Below are positions 44,382 to 57,155 of a stretch of DNA of 64,000 nt, one piece after another (positions within the stretch are counted from its first letter, which is position 1; the number at the start of each line of letters is the position of its first letter). The notes under the pieces were generated by a model. The model had not been told where the DNA came from, did no database searches, and saw only the letters and a program-made list of their open reading frames with translations. The DNA is from Eledone cirrhosa (taxonomy: Eukaryota): contig OZ024758.1 in NCBI GenBank assembly GCA_964016885.1, positions 23,808,001 to 23,872,000 on the forward strand, read 5' to 3'. A program made the position numbers and the translations under genes.

Positions 44382-45600
44382 AATCCCATCATCAGGTTGC
44401 TAGAAATAGCAGTCAAAATATCCCTAAACAACGTCGTAAAATAAGATGTTGGATACGTTAGTCCGGATTTTTACTATTACTGACCCCCCCCCCCCCCCGC
44501 CCCCAGCAAACAACGAATAGTCATGGTTTAAAAAGTTTTGATCAGGGGCTTACTTTCTCAGAGTTAACTTGAACCTGAACATAACATGGCCCCAGCTTAG
44601 TACTGGGGTCGATTCTTGCTCTATCTCTCTATCCTTCTCTCGATGAAATCTACTATATTCAAACCTGGAGAGGAAATGGGCTCGACCAGGTTTTAAAATG
44701 CTCTAGAAACGGATGTCAATACGTCGTCCCTACGACCCCATCAGGAGTTATGGGGCCATGAATGAATAAATAAAATATCCAAAATAATTTCATTCTTTGA
44801 AGAAAGAGCTTACCTGGTTGGTACTTTATAATTCCTCACGGTACTCAAATATTACTGAAGTGACATTTTGAACCCATTAGTTCCAATACAAGCTTTTAAT
44901 TTTGTAGTTTAACTTTGAGAAATTGATAATGTGGTGAATATAGTGGTGAAGAAACTTTTCTAAGAAAGAGTTCAACTAAATAATGTTATCATCAGATCTC
45001 AGCTCATGCTATAAGTGCATATTTCGAGGATATTTACTTAAGAAGACATCACCAGTAGTTGTAATACGGTTTATTGATTGAATAGTATGAGATACAATAA
45101 GAAACGTAAAAGCTATTTGGATACATATGGGGCTTCTTTTATCTTGCCCTTACATATGCCAAACATATATCAGACTTCACAGACGTACGAGGTGGGTGAA
45201 TTGAGCACTTTCATGATTTTGTACTTCTCTCTCTCTCATTATATATATCTATATATATATATATATATTATATATATAAATGAAAAGTATAGAAATTATT
45301 ATGAGCAAGAAGCCAACAGTATTCCATAATATATAAGTGACTATAGCGTCAAGATGGGAAAATAGTTAACGTAAGATGTGGGAAAAATAATTCAAACTCA
45401 ATTCAAAAAGAATCAGGATATAGATTCATCCAACAGAATTTAGTGAAATCCAGGGAAAAATCAATAGAGCTTTAACTCATGATAAAATAAAGTTTAAAAT
45501 ACTCATCCTTCAATTTGGAAAAACTACAAATGCTCTGTATACTCTTGAAAAGACTATTTCACGAAACCTTCAGTGGGGATGGTCACGGTTGGATTCTATC

Positions 45601-45642
<42 letters not shown>

Positions 45643-46101
45643 AGTAAGGTTGCTTGTGTTCCGATGTATCACTGATTCTTCCCATATAATATATATAGAT
45701 AGATAGATTTATCATTATTTCATTCTATAAGCGCGAAAGACCAACCATTGTAACATATTGAGCGAGCTTATCAATTTTAACTATGTTTTCAGATCACACG
45801 ACATTCCTAATTCACACAAATATGGTGTTTCTAGGTCAGAGTATTTCTTAGTGTTTTCAGGTTATCAGCAAAACGTATTAATAATATGATATGCAGTATC
45901 CAAGAAATCCACACAACGTAATACATTGTACTGCTGCTGTTTCGTTCTGAGTTCAATTCCCTTCGAGGTTAACTTTACCTTTCATCCTTACGGGGTCGAT
46001 AAAATAAAGCACCAGTAATGCACTGGGGTAATTGCTGGCCTTGTGCCAAAAGTAGAAACAAGGTATTATTTAAAAAATATTATCTTATCAAACCCATAAT
46101 G

Positions 46102-46307
46102 ATTTCTAGTATAGGCACAAGGCCAGTCATTTTGGGGGAGGGGTAAGTCGATTAAATTGACCCCAGTGAATTACTGGTACTTTATTTTATCGACCCCGTA
46201 ATGGTGAAAGGCAAAGTTAACCTCGGCGGGATTTGAACTCAGAACGTAAAGGGCCATAACTATGCTGCAAAGCATGGTGTCTGAGGCTCTACCGATACTG
46301 CCAATCC
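46102..46307 (-). mobile_element. tRNA-derived SINE
   Basis: Same family. A partial plus-strand copy lies at ~45945-46060. Confidence 0.85.
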
Positions 46308-47274
46308 TAATATATATTAGGCAGGAAGGCGGCGAATTGACAGAGTCGTTAGAACGTCGGATAAAATGTTTTGTGGTATTTGCTCTGGCTATCAGCACTC
46401 TGAGTTCAAATCCCACCCTGGACAAATTTGCCTTTCGAAGTAGATAAAGTAACAACCCAGTACTGGTGTTGGTTCTTCCTCTGTGACTGGAAGAAATCTG
46501 CCGCCTTTCGCCCTAGTGAGAGATAGTCCTCGACAGGTTTAAAATACCCAACATATGCTGTGTGTCAGAACGGTACTCCAACGACAACATCAAGAGTTAA
46601 GATCCTTTTACCTTTTTAATGGACAAGAGGTAAACTCCAGACGAGTTGAGACTGAGATTCAATTTTGATTCTCGGTTGACACTAGTTCACTTTTTTTAAT
46701 CTATATTTATATTTAAAAAAAAACTATAGCGTTCCATATACTACGCTCTGTGTGAGAATGTATTTTTGTAAGTGTGTGTGTGTTCGTGAGTTTATATTTA
46801 TATACTCATACATACACATGTATGCATGTGTACATACACACATATACACAAGCGTGTTGAAAAAAGTTCTAGTAATATTAATACTCCCAGGAATAGAATC
46901 AACGTCACACTACTTAATTTCCTTCTAGAAATATAAAGTCGTAACCGATTTATTTCTCTGGCGATGAAGACCCTAACATCAAGATATATAATTTTGTACT
47001 AAAATGGACAGTAAATTACGTTTTCTTTACAATGTATACAACATATATATTACGAGAATTTGTATTATAGGTGTAATGTATATGGTGAGTACAGTATGAA
47101 AGAAATTTATTCCATAACTTTACAGTATTGTTTGTTACAAACATTCTTTGTGGTGTTTCCTTTTAGAAACTGCTTTTTTAAATTTATTTCGGAAGCCATA
47201 TTCACTATTAGTTCTTGTCATATCGGAAAGGTATTATTTAAAAAAAAATATTTTTTTTTATCAAAGCAAAAATG

Positions 47275-47755
47275 ATTTCTAGTAAAGGCACAAGGCCAGT
47301 AAGTTAGAGAGAGGGGAAAGTCGATTAAATCGACCCCAGTGTATTACTGGTGCTTTATTTTGTCGATCCCGTAAGGATGAAAGGCAAAGCTAACCTCGGC
47401 GGGATTTGAACTCAGATCATAAAGGGCCGTAACTATGCTGCAAAGCATGGCGTCCGACCCTCTACCGATACTGCCAATCCACCGCCCTAACATGGCGTCC
47501 GACCCTCTACCGACACTGCCAATCCACCGCCCTAACATGGCGTCCGACCCTCTACCGATACTGCCAATCCACCGCCCTAACATGGCGTCCGACCCTCTAC
47601 CGATACTGCCAATCCACCGCCCTAACATGGCGTCCGACCCTCTACCGATACTGCCAATCCACAGCCCTAACATGGCGTCCGACCCTCTACCGATACTGCC
47701 AATCCACCGCCCTAACATGGCGTCCGACTATCTACCGATACTGCCAATCCAACAC
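47275..47755 (-). mobile_element. SINE whose head has expanded into ~7 tandem 45-bp units
   Basis: CATGGCGTCCGACCCTCTACCGATACTGCCAATCCACCGCCCTAA is repeated across 47446-47755. Confidence 0.9.
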
Positions 47756-48080
47756 CCTGAAGCAATTAATAATAATTCGAGCTAAAGCAAACGAAAAAAT
47801 GCAGCATGTATTACGTTTCATGTATTACGTTGTGTGGATTCCTTGGATACTGCATATCATATTATTAATACGTTTTGCTGATAACCTGAAAACACTAAGA
47901 AATACTCTGACCTAGAAACACCATATTTGTGTGAATTAGGAATGTCGTGTGATCTGAAAAAAATAGTTAAAATTGATAAGCTCGCTCAATATATTACAAT
48001 CCACTGCCTCTTATCAAACCAATAATGATTATTCATAAAATCTGATCCTATTCATATTATTTGAACCTGATGATTCAAAT

Positions 48081-48683
48081 GGCGGTGGATTGGTAGTATC
48101 AGTAGATGTTCGGACGCCATGCTTTGCAGCGAAGAGTTACGGGCCTTTATGATCAGAGTTCAAATCCCGCCGAGTTTAACTTTGCCTTTCATCCTTACAG
48201 GGTCGATAAAATAAAGTAGCAGTAATGTACTGGGTAATTGCTGGCCTTGTGCCAAAATTAGAAACAATTATTTGAACCTCGCATTAAATCATATAAGTGG
48301 TCAACATGGTTGTCTATCTACTTAACTTTAAAATGCCAGACCATATTTTGGTCATAGTTGTTGATGATGCCAAGTCTCAAATCCTCTTCGATTCATAATC
48401 ATTGGTTCATGTCTGTATTGAGATATATTCAAACTATGACCACACTGTCTAATATGTTCCAAGACGTTGTACACCCTCAACTATATTATCTAATGGCGGA
48501 TTGGCAGTATTGGTAGAGGGTCGGACGCCATGCTTTGACGTATAGAGTTACGGCCCTTGCCATTCTGAGTTCAAATCTCGCCAAGGGTAACTTTGCCTTT
48601 CATCCTTACGGGGTCGATAAAAATAAAGTACCACTAATGCACTGGGGGTAATTGCTGGCCTTGTGCCTAACGTAGAAACAATT
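48081..48683 (+). mobile_element. Two SINE copies (48081-48270 and 48495-48683)
   Basis: Same family. Confidence 0.85.
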
Positions 48684-48797
48684 ATCTAATGTGACTTTCC
48701 CTTTTAAGACAACAGAGAGTAATATGATAGCAAATTGGTTGCTATTTCTAACAGTTTGAGTGACTTCGTAGAAACCTCCACGTTAGATGTGCTAAAT

Positions 48798-49017
48798 CAG
48801 TCATGGGAAACCCGCGGCTAGCAAACATTTCTGAATGGCTCGCCTAAGTCAGCTAAGTGATATCTTTCTGATTTTTTTTACCCCAAATTTATCTTTCTAT
48901 CATTTTTACAATCGAGGAAAACAACGTGTACGAATTCTGAAGAAACAAATCAAAACAACCTGAGTTACCGCCCCTTCTTTAAGCGGTCCGCTTCTCGAAA
49001 AAGGTTGTCCATGCCTG
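48798..49017. mobile_element. hAT (Charlie-like) MITE
   Basis: CAGTCATGGGAAACC...AGGTTGTCCATGCCTG ends, with an approximate TSD TGCTAAAT/TACTAAAG. Confidence 0.6.
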
Positions 49018-49443
49018 TACTAAAGGAAAGTGTAGGTATGACAACAGCATTGTTCGAGACGACAACGACAACAACGACGACAACGACAACAACGACGACA
49101 ACAACGACAACGACAACAACGACGACGACAACACCAACAGAAAAATAAAGTCCTCTTTATAGATGTAAATATCTCCTAACTACTAACCAGCTACTCTGTC
49201 TTATCACAATGTAGTTTCTCCCAGTATTTATTGTAAAAGTGTCAATAATTACAGTGTAGTCATTAGATTCGGTTTTGAAGCAGTTCTTTGTGTTCTTCCC
49301 AACTAGAGCCGATAATATATAATGGCCATTTTATCTATCTATTTATCCGACTGTCAGACAGACAGACAGACAGACATCCATATACAAACACACACAGACA
49401 GACATCCATATACAAACACACACAGACAGACATCCATATACAA

Positions 49444-49474
<31 letters not shown>

Positions 49475-50446
49475 CATATATAATTCGTTTTTGAATTTGC
49501 TTTGGGAGATTTCTTATCTGAAGACGTGTGTTGAAACAGATATTGTTATACTTTGGGAGGGTCATGCTGCCAATAGAAACACACGCACCTGTTGATTTTC
49601 ACTTCAATTTATTATAAGTTTCCGGTTGGTTGGTTCGATAACCGGATGGTTGTTTATATATTGTCAAAGCTCTTTCGTCACACATTCTGTGACCTCCTCA
49701 GAGACTTGGTTTTTATTTTGTGTCTCTCCTTTGTTCTGTCCTACCCCATCTGTTTTTGAGTATATATATATATATATGGTGGCTGCCAACTCGTTTTCGA
49801 GTATGGCCACTACTTTATATCCATGTAGGAGAACCCCTACCGATGCGCTGAACGAGTGTGACTTTTTAATCAAGCCAGCGACTTGAAAACTTTGGTACAA
49901 ACACTACACTTGTGACAATTATTGACACATAGTGCTGGGCCCATGGTACCATGTGACGACAAGTGCAGAGAGATCTCCAGATATAAAGCAATGCCTGTAC
50001 CGTGAAGCTTTTATAGTGAGTAAAGGCACTGCACAAAGCCAGTCCCACTCTCTTAACCAAGATGGTATTTACCAAAAAGAAGAACAAGTCAACATCATTG
50101 GATATCATCAGAGTTGCAGGTGTTATATCAGAGTTTTCCTTCTCCTAGAATTCTGCCTTGACAAAGGCTAAGGGGTCATCTCTCTCTCTATATATATATG
50201 CATATCTGTAATTGCAAGCTGGTGTATTGGTATCTGTGCATATGGCCAAGACTAAGTGATCTATGTCAATCGGTGAGTATGAAAAAAAAACAAACATTCT
50301 CACACACTACATGTTAAATGATTTAAGTTTAGGAAACCCATGTTCCAATAAACATGGAATTAAAAGTTTAGAATATCCTATCTGCTGATGGCTCAGTGAC
50401 TACGAAATGATTTATGATCCTCGCATGTTATATGTTGATGTAGAAA

Positions 50447-50630
50447 GGTGGATTGGCAGGATCAGTAGAGAGTCGGACGCCATGCTTTCCAGCATAGTTA
50501 CGTCCCTTTACGGTCTGAGTTCAAATCCCGCCGAGGTTAACTTTGCCTTTCATCCTTACGGGGTCGATACAATAAAGTACCAGTGATGTACTGGGTAATT
50601 GCTGGCCTTGTGCCAAAAGTAGAAACAGTT
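50447..50630 (+). mobile_element. tRNA-derived SINE
   Basis: Same family. The flanking sequence TTATATGTTGATGTAGAA is duplicated on both sides. Confidence 0.9.
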
Positions 50631-50865
50631 ATATGTTGATGTAGAACTGTTAGCCTATATCAGCAACACACACACACACAAAATGGTTACACAACAAGTA
50701 CTTTGTTTGATGCTTTTCTGAATACTCATCGTCGAAACCGATGGCGGCCCACTACATAATCAATATTAGTTTGTCCATAAAAATCTAAGATTTGGGACAT
50801 ATTGGGAAATATTTGCTTGCAATCTTTGGCTAGTCAAGTGGCCACGTAAAGGCGTTAGCTCATTA

Positions 50866-51237
50866 TTATGATTGTTGTTGTTGGCGATGATGGTGATGAT
50901 ATTGATGAGGTTGGTGATGATGGTGATAATGGTGAGGTTGGTGATGATGATGATAATGGTGAGGTTGGTGATGATGATGGTGATAATGATGAGGCTGGTG
51001 ATGACGGTGGTGATAATGGTGAGGTTGGTGATGATGGTGGTGAGGTTGGTGATGAGGTTGGTGATGATGGTGGTGGTGATGGTGGTGATAATGAGGAGGT
51101 TGGTGATGATGATGACGTTGGTGATGATGATGGTGATAATGATGAGGTTGGTGATGATGATGACGTTGGTGATGATGATGGTGATAATGATGAGGTTGGT
51201 GATGATGATGGTGATGATGATGATGATGGTGATGATT
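50866..51237. repeat. Degenerate (GAT/GGT)n trinucleotide repeat
   Basis: Visible directly in the sequence. Confidence 0.9.
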
Positions 51238-52626
51238 GATACGGTAACTGACAATAGTTGATTATCTGATGGCAGATAGGATTCTAGTGAAAAGAATGAG
51301 GCGTTAATCACCATTTATTGTACTGCATTGCGCGTAAAATACTTAATCAAGTATTGTAATGTAGCCAGACAGGCGGCTCGGCTCGGCTCGGCTCGGCTCG
51401 GCCAAGATACAGATGGACCAATGAAAGGGTCTCATTGACGGCTCCATTATCTGCTAGAAATAATAGTCAAATCTCCTTGAAATCACACTCTGCTTTCATA
51501 AAAAAAGGAAGGCTATCTTGTTCAATGTAGTTTCAGATGTACAAAAAGGATGGAGTAGTTACGGATAGAATGAGAGTTATTATGAACCCGTTTAATCTGC
51601 ATGGACTAGGGCAAAAAAAATCCCTATAACTGATTTATTGCACGTAGCGTTTCTCCAACAGTATTACCCAAATATATCACTGCAAACCTATGAAGCACTT
51701 ATTGAGTTCAAAACACTGCTTAAACTGCTCAATGGTGCTATTGTATGATGTAAAGAGAGGATATCTTAAAGTCGATCATTAAAAATACTACCAAGATTGG
51801 AGATACAATACATATATTGTAACAATATAAACAAAATCTTTGAGTACATGGAGGTTATGAAAATATTCAACAACAGAACTTTCTAGTTGCTTTATAGCTG
51901 CCCTTGTTTTCCATTTTTATACTTATTTTACACCCACCACCACCATTGGCCTTCCCTAGCTAACATTTTATTTTTATATTCACATATCTTTGTCTATCTT
52001 GTTTTACTGGTTCGTCAAGTATGAAATTTGTAGAAAAAAAGCATATGACCATATGCCTCACTACAACTTTCATACTTGACAATCCAATATATTTCCCCAC
52101 AGTAATAAATACAAGATATTTCCCTAGTCTGTCATGGTTTACTAGCTCTATACGGACGTTTAAATTGATCAAATAAATAAAGAAACAAACAAATAAATAA
52201 ATACAACTAGGTGAACTGGACCACAACTGCTATATTTCCTGGCCATGGACATTACACAGAACAAAAAATCGGGCCCTAAGTACTTATCAAGTTTGTCAAT
52301 CTGGTCACTCGCAGTATACATTACTCAGATAAGGCTATTAAAGATTTTATGAGAATTATGTTAACACCATTTTCAATATTTCAAAATATTCGGACAGTGT
52401 GCTTTATTGCATAGGGTTACATCCCTTTACGATCTGAGTTCAAATCCCGCCGATGTTAGCCTTGCCTTTCATCCTTACGGAGTCGATAAAATAATGTACG
52501 AATAACGCACTGGGAGTCGATTTAATCGACTTTGTCCTCCCCAAAATTGCTAGTCTTGTGCCTAAATCAGAAACCAATATTTCAAAATATTACGGTTCCC
52601 TAACTTTCCAAGATCTCTAATTCTTG

Positions 52627-52741
52627 CAGGACCGTCTTAACGCATGGACACGCTGGGCAGTTGCCCGGGGGGCCCCCACGAGGATAGGATGCCCATTTGT
52701 ATTTTTATTCCTGTGAGTGGTTGTGTGTTAAGACGGTCCTG
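52627..52741. mobile_element. hAT MITE
   Basis: 15-bp TIR CAGGACCGTCTTAAC/GTTAAGACGGTCCTG and a perfect 8-bp TSD AATTCTTG. Confidence 0.88.
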
Positions 52742-52951
52742 AATTCTTGGTGTAATTTTCACGCAACCACTTCACGCTTTCTGTCATAAGCTGGCTCTTC
52801 CAATAGACTATATTAATAACTGTTTCTACTTTAGGCACAAGGCCAGCAATAGACTATATTAATAACGTACGACCCCCTCCTTCCTTCACATTAAATAAGA
52901 AAGTTGAAAGCAGTTGTTTTAGCTATTTCTTTATATTATATTTTCCCAACT

Positions 52952-53135
52952 GGGCGGTGGATTGGCAGTATCGGTAGAGAGTCGGACCCCATGCTTTCCA
53001 GCATAGTTACGTCCCTTTACGATCTGAGTTCAAATCCCGCCGAGGTTGACTTTGCCTTTCATCCTTACGGGGTCGATAAAATAAAGTACCAGTAATGTAC
53101 TGGATAATTGCTGGCCTTGTGCCAAATGTAGAAAT
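52952..53135 (+). mobile_element. tRNA-derived SINE
   Basis: Same family. A partial copy also lies at ~52400-52577. Confidence 0.9.
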
Positions 53136-53355
53136 ATATATTTTCCCAAATGAACATGCGCAGCATCAATAAGGGAAAAAGTACACTCTCGATTGATCTA
53201 CTAGAAAAAGTAGCGAAATGTTTCTCAAATCACACCTGACAGTATTACAGAAGAAAGTACACTCCTCACATCATTTCATATTTAATTAATTAAAGTTTCT
53301 TGAAATGAAAGGTTAGTATTCATGTAACAGGTGTATTTGAATATTTCCTTAGAAT

Positions 53356-53388
<33 letters not shown>

Positions 53389-54182
53389 ATTGCAAAAGGT
53401 CATTATTTATTGCTTTGACATATTTCAACATATTGCATAAACGCACACATGTATATACATATATATATATATATATACATGCATATATATACACATACAT
53501 ATACATATATACACATACATACATATATACACATACATACATACATACATATATACACATACATACATACAGCGTTGTGGTCAGTGTCCGATAATCGGAC
53601 GTGTGTAATTACGGCTTACATGAAGGCAACATACCATATATTGGAAAAAGTTGAGCTACATTATGAGGTAATTCTACATAAGTGTTTGAACTGTAAGTGT
53701 GTTGTAAAACACCTATTTATATGAACGATACATACACTTATGATATATGAACGATACATACACTTTAACATATAAATGCAACGTTGTTATATTACATTTA
53801 TAAAGAAATATACAAGTAACGTTTTCGATTCATAAACAAAAACATAAGTGTTTGAACTGTGGATATGTTGTGAATAAGTTGTAGAACACCTATTTATATG
53901 AATGATACATAAACTTTAACATATAAATACAGCGTTGTTATATTATATTACATTCATAAAGAAATATACTAAGTAACGGTTCTTTTTGTTCTCGATTAAA
54001 ACGATTCAAGAACAACGTTTAAAACACAGTTGTAGAATTAAAAACTAACTGAAAAGAAATATTACCCAAGCTGTGAATAACTTTAAATTTGATTCTGACA
54101 GAACTTTGTCGTAACTTTTAAAGAAGATCATCGACTATTTTGAAAAATAAATACGAAATATTAGTGAATAGACGAACTCATC

Positions 54183-55860
54183 ATGGCAAAAAGTACAAGT
54201 CTCCTTCGACCAAATCGCAACTACAACCGTTGTATACAGTGGAGCTACGAGCTTAACAAAGAATTATATGAAGCATACAAACAATGTGAACCCCAAAAGT
54301 TCGATTTTATGCAAAGGCTAAAAACTTTATGGAACCCCAAACACCCAGAATTAGACTTTTCTCCAAAGCATTTAAATGAACAGGCAAAACGTATCATTAG
54401 ATGTAAATTCATACATCTAACGGAATTGAGTGATACTACAAATACAGCCCTTGTAGACAACCACCCCACCTCCACTGACAGACAAAGAGAATGGCCAGCT
54501 GAATCTAACAGTGAACAGCTCACCAACAATTTTGCTGAAATCCATCCCACTTCCACTGAAGAACAGCGAGAAAGGTCAGCTAACTCCACATCAACAACGA
54601 GGCTGAAATTCATGACTCTACTGTACAAACAGAACACCGTGGACACCTTACAAGTGATATGGGACGATATGTTTCAAGAGATACACAGCCTTAATGTGAG
54701 TGACAAACCATACAACACCAGAATCAGTAAAGAACCCACTAAATTGGAATTGGAAGCGGTGAACGAAATAGCTGGCAATTATCTGAAGACTATACGATCT
54801 AAAGGTGTAGAAACGACATTTGAAACGCTTAATATTTTGTTATATGTTTCAGCTCTCACATTGCTATCATATAACACACATCTAAAACCACGCAATCAAG
54901 ATACAAACAAAAAGCCTGAACCAGCGTGGATGTGAAATTTAAAAAGCAAAATTTTGTCCCTGAGACGAAGTATCTCACACATCGCAGTCGTTATGAAATG
55001 CAACATAGAGAGCAACTTCACACGACACCAGGAAGACCTAAAGAAAAAGTTAGAGAGACGATTTGGAGATACAAAATTTAAAACTTTGAACTCCAAATTA
55101 CACCAGTTGAAACAACAACTCACAGCTACAACAGAAAGACTAAAATATAAGTCAACAGCACATAAACGACAAGTGCTAAATAGATTGTTTGCCAGAGATC
55201 CTAAATCAGTTTATTGCAGCTTCGGTGGCAAAAGCTCAATCCCTGTAAATGACACCCCTTCAAAAGAACATGTTGAGAGCTACTGGAGATCTGTATGGGA
55301 AACGGATGACGGATTCAACAGACAAACTAATTGGCTAAAAGAACTGGAACAGGACTACTGCCAACATGTCCAGACAAAACAATATGACATAGATGGGTCA
55401 ATACTGGAAACAGCTCTACAGAAAATGTCGAATAGGAAATCACCAGGCCCAGACCTCATTACAGGATACTGGTTGAAGAATTTCACTTTCTATCGGCAAG
55501 ATCTCATACGGCTGTTTACAGAAACCATTAAAGGCACACAAGAACTGCCCAGATGGTTATCAACTGCCACTACTCTCCTCATTCCCCAAAATAGCCAAAC
55601 CACCCTTGCTAAAAATTACCGCCCAATAGCCTGCCAAAACATCATGTATAAATTATATACTGGGTGCCTTAACCTGTTCTTACAGGATCACTGTGCTACC
55701 AACAACATTATAACACCTGAGCAAGCTGGTGGAAAGAGGGAGGTGTGGGGGTTGCATAGATCACCTACTAACTAATAAAATTATTCAGGAAAAAACAACA
55801 AAGAATCGCAGAAACATGACTGTCGTGTGGCTGGACTATCAAAAAGCATTTGATAGTCCA
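54183..55860 (+). pseudogene. R4/Dong-like non-LTR retrotransposon ORF (N-terminus through early RT motifs), disrupted and 3'-truncated
   Basis: The two track ORFs are in the same frame, split by a TGA at 54933. They encode KSPGPDLITGYWLK..NYRPIACQNIMYKLYT..ITPEQAGGKR, then a frameshift to ..[14 protein letters not shown]. Confidence 0.82.
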
Positions 55861-56219
55861 ACGACCCGACCATGAGTCAGGTTGTACTGCGATACATGTT
55901 ACCAGTAGCACCAACTGGTGACCTGACAATGTATACATACATACATACATACATACATACATACACATACATACATATATACATACATATACACACATAT
56001 ACATATACACACATATATATACATATACACATACATACATATCCACATACATACATATCCACATACATACACATATATACATATATACACATATACATAC
56101 ATATATTGATATACATATATACATACATACATACATATCGGCGCCCCAGTATGGCCTCGGCCGGATGACTGGAACAGATTAAAGAGTAAAAGAGTATACA
56201 TACATATACATATATACAT

Positions 56220-56266
<47 letters not shown>

Positions 56267-56414
56267 GTATGTATATGCATGTGTATATGTCGCAGCTGGC
56301 ATCAATGGTTATCAATAAAGAATGAGTATATATATATATCAAAATGAAAATTCGAAGGGATGGTAAAATTCGGATTTTCATTTTGATACTTATACTCCGT
56401 TTTACATCATCTCA

Positions 56415-56590
56415 TCATCATCATCATTCGTCGACTACTGTCGAGATGATGGATCTCACTCTCGTGCCCCAGAATCCCCTGTCCCCCATCGCTGCCCCCA
56501 GGTCCCGTCTACCGATTCCCGTATCCCTAGAGATAACGTCAGGGAATGACAGCTTCCTACTCCTAGTCAGGCTGGAGTCAGGGTTCCAGA
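56415..56590 (-). mobile_element. RTE-type LINE 3' end with (GAT)n tail
   Basis: LWNP..RKLSFPDVISRDTG..AAMGDRGFW.. followed by GATGATGAT. Confidence 0.65.
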
Positions 56591-56699
56591 GCAAGAGAGC
56601 GGATATACAAAAGCGTGGAGAACTTAATATTGCTAACAAAGTTATTGGACCATTTTACACAACCAATAATGCACCTTACTATATAACAACTATATATAT

Positions 56700-56909
56700 C
56701 ACCGACATCCAGAGTTGACATTGCACTCAGTGCTCCTTTGGGAGCCCCTACATGGACACACTAGAAGAGGAAGACCAAGGTTAACATATGTTGATGCCCT
56801 AAGGACAGACACTGGTCTGTTGGAGATGCAGGATATGGCAGCGATAATGAGGGACAGAGACCGCTGGAGAGAACTCGTCCATGGATCTCGGGAATTTTAC
56901 CCGCCTTAG
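56700..56909 (+). mobile_element. RTE-type LINE 3' end
   Basis: [49 protein letters not shown]. Confidence 0.82.
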
Positions 56910-57028
56910 ATATATATATATATATATATATATAAAGTAATTTCGTCGGAAAAGTCCAGGAAAAAAGAGTGCTCTATGTAGGTAACAGAGCTTAATAGTT
57001 ATGTAATAAACAACAGTGACCAGGATTT

Positions 57029-57088
57029 TTTCATTCTGATGATTGAAAGCAAAATTTCTTGCTTTTAAGAAACCACTGGTAAATGGAA
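57029..57088 (+). ncRNA. Type I hammerhead ribozyme (family G) within a ~185-bp island flanked by (TA)n
   Basis: UUUCAUU-CUGAUGA-UUGAAAGCAAaauuucUUGCUUUUAA-GAAA-CCACUGG-UA^AAUGGAA, with a perfect distal 18-bp helix (56998-57015 with 57100-57117). Confidence 0.88.
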
Positions 57089-57115
57089 TAATTGACTAAT
57101 GTTGTTTATTACATA

Positions 57116-57155
<40 letters not shown>

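Noticed and set aside
45548-45580. Minus-strand CUGAAGG..GAAAUAGUC HHR-like motif
   Set aside because: A9 is missing, and there is no credible stem I or stem II.
49515-49545. CTGAAGA..GAAAC motif
   Set aside because: Stems I and III do not form, and it lies within an ordinary interspersed repeat.
50766-51314. Asp/Gly-rich or Met/Val-rich ORFs
   Set aside because: This is a trinucleotide repeat open in several frames on both strands, with no exon support.
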